Part shown: positions 62,791 through 64,000 of the stretch, piece by piece
Position numbering within the stretch: position 1 is the first letter of the stretch
Layout of the letters: each line of letters begins with the position of its first letter
Virus record (IMG/VR): IMGVR_UViG_3300050821_001527
Location: 1-64,000 of that record
DNA: 64,000 nt
Reading direction: 5' to 3' (one strand)
From: a virus
Taxonomy: Duplodnaviria > Caudoviricetes
Made by a program: the position numbers and the translations under genes
Notes under the pieces: generated by a model
Database searches by the model: none
The model's input: the letters and a program-made list of their open reading frames with translations, nothing else
Told to the model about the DNA's origin: nothing

Positions 62791-64000
62791 ATGAATTGTA
62801 GCGGTTTTCTACTTGGGATGAGCGGCAACGGTTTCCGAACAGGAAGCCTGCTGGCATATTATGATTTGACCGTGCCCGAAAGCCTGCTATATCCGAACCT
62901 CAAATTCGACCCGTCTTTCTCCTTCGTTGAGGCCGGTGAAGATGCTTTGGAAGATAATTCTGATGACGTAATCACAGATATTTCAGGGGATGCTATTGAG
63001 GTCGCGGCGGCGTTTTACATCAACCTAGATGCGGTTCCGGGCGTTATTCTCGGAACGATTCCAAATATCAGCGGCCAAATGTCCGTTCAAATCGGACGAG
63101 ACTTGGAACTCCAGAATCTTCATTGCCTTTTCGACTTTGACTTTAATGCCTGTAGCAATACCGGAGCTACCGAAGCCACCATTCTCTTGACTTCCAGACG
63201 AGAGCATAATGACACTTCCGGCTTCGTGTTCGGAATCAATTCAAGCAATCGCTTGTTCTTCGAGAATAATGGGAAAATCAGGACTCTCAACCAAGAACTC
63301 AGGGATAAAAACATTATTGGCTTGAGTATCGCCCAAAATCAATACGTCAATTTCGGGGTTTTTGACTTCACGACCAATTCGTTCGTAAGCGAAAGCCTGA
63401 CGAACCCATTATCCAAGAGTTTGGACGACCTTTTCCTGATTAGCTACCCAAGCGGCGACCATTCCGTATATTCCGGGGCAATGGGCAATCTTAACCATTT
63501 CGCCATCCTTGATGACGTGATTTTGGACAGGTATGACCTAGCCCTCTCTCTTTTCTGCACAAACGCCTCCACAATCGCCTATACGACCACGGGAAGGCTC
63601 ATCTCGGTAAATGGGGTAACGGGCGTCAACATCTATGAAAGCGGCGTGACGGGCTTCCAGACGTTTACTGGGGCCATCCTAAAAGAAGATAGCACGACGG
63701 TCACGGGTATCTACACTTTGGGGGTCAGCGGGTTGATTTTGACGGACACTCGTATTTTACCCATCGTCATTACTGGTGGAGCGGTAACTTTCACTTCATA
63801 CTCATCTGTTTTGGGGTATAATCAAAGCGAAATCAAGGGATATTCCCGCTTTGACGGTATTTTTGGTAATGATTTGAACGGTAGTCAAGTCGAAGTTTAC
63901 TACTACGACAAATTCCAGCCATATAAAAATATCAATTTATCGAATTTTATATTGCCAAACGTGGGAAATTCACTTCATCCAAATCTCTATGTAAATGGCC
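62791..64000 (+). CDS. tail structural protein, runs off the window end
   Basis: open frame from ATG 62791 (MNCSGFLLGMSG..LLAYYDLT) after the GTGTAAT motif; no stop seen before 64000. Confidence 0.7.
   Translation, partial: MNCSGFLLGMSGNGFRTGSLLAYYDLTVPESLLYPNLKFDPSFSFVEAGEDALEDNSDDVITDISGDAIEVAAAFYINLDAVPGVILGTIPNISGQMSVQIGRDLELQNLHCLFDFDFNACSNTGATEATILLTSRREHNDTSGFVFGINSSNRLFFENNGKIRTLNQELRDKNIIGLSIAQNQYVNFGVFDFTTNSFVSESLTNPLSKSLDDLFLISYPSGDHSVYSGAMGNLNHFAILDDVILDRYDLALSLFCTNASTIAYTTTGRLISVNGVTGVNIYESGVTGFQTFTGAILKEDSTTVTGIYTLGVSGLILTDTRILPIVITGGAVTFTSYSSVLGYNQSEIKGYSRFDGIFGNDLNGSQVEVYYYDKFQPYKNINLSNFILPNVGNSLHPNLYVNG

Noticed and set aside
1-64000. Alternative genetic code / stop-codon reassignment
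   Set aside because: Long genes read through normally, and TAA, TAG and TGA all end genes.

Overview
A 64-kb segment of a large tailed dsDNA phage genome (standard genetic code; host unknown, with indirect hints of a Gram-negative, type IV pilin- and sigma54-using host such as the PVC group). Left part (1-18.1 kb): an early/accessory region of about 55 small genes, most with their own sigma70-type promoter and apparently leaderless. It runs on + to ~4.2 kb and on - from ~18.1 kb leftwards. Recognisable products include HNH endonucleases, a 50-aa mini-prepilin, a SleB-like hydrolase, an HD alarmone hydrolase, a small kinase, a CCA-adding enzyme, a PRTase, Gp88, WYL-like proteins, an ArfA/BrfA-like peptide and two candidate ncRNAs. 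The minus-strand block is cut into gene cassettes by 11 copies of a 65-67-bp double-dyad element (two 25-bp palindromic arms around a GC hairpin). Nine sigma54-type -24/-12 motifs cluster at four of these elements. A non-coding switch region lies at ~18.15-18.56 kb. Right part (18.8-64 kb, nearly all +): three signal-peptide proteins (beta-helix fibre-like, malectin, unknown), PhoH, HNH, an ECF-like sigma factor, ZnF-ERCC4 nuclease, terminase, portal, fibre/baseplate-like proteins, protease-scaffold, decoration protein, major capsid protein, head-tail connectors, tail tube, chaperones, a 2491-aa tape measure protein and distal tail proteins. Many of these follow a GTGTAA(T) late-promoter motif. 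No sheath gene is seen. The tape measure protein carries a ~1000-aa cassette of enzyme-like cargo domains (two PD-(D/E)xK-like, kinase-like, GNAT, unknown) separated by a repeated [AS]xG(F/Y)(V/I)PN(F/L)A linker. All annotation is by eye from motifs; no database searches were run.
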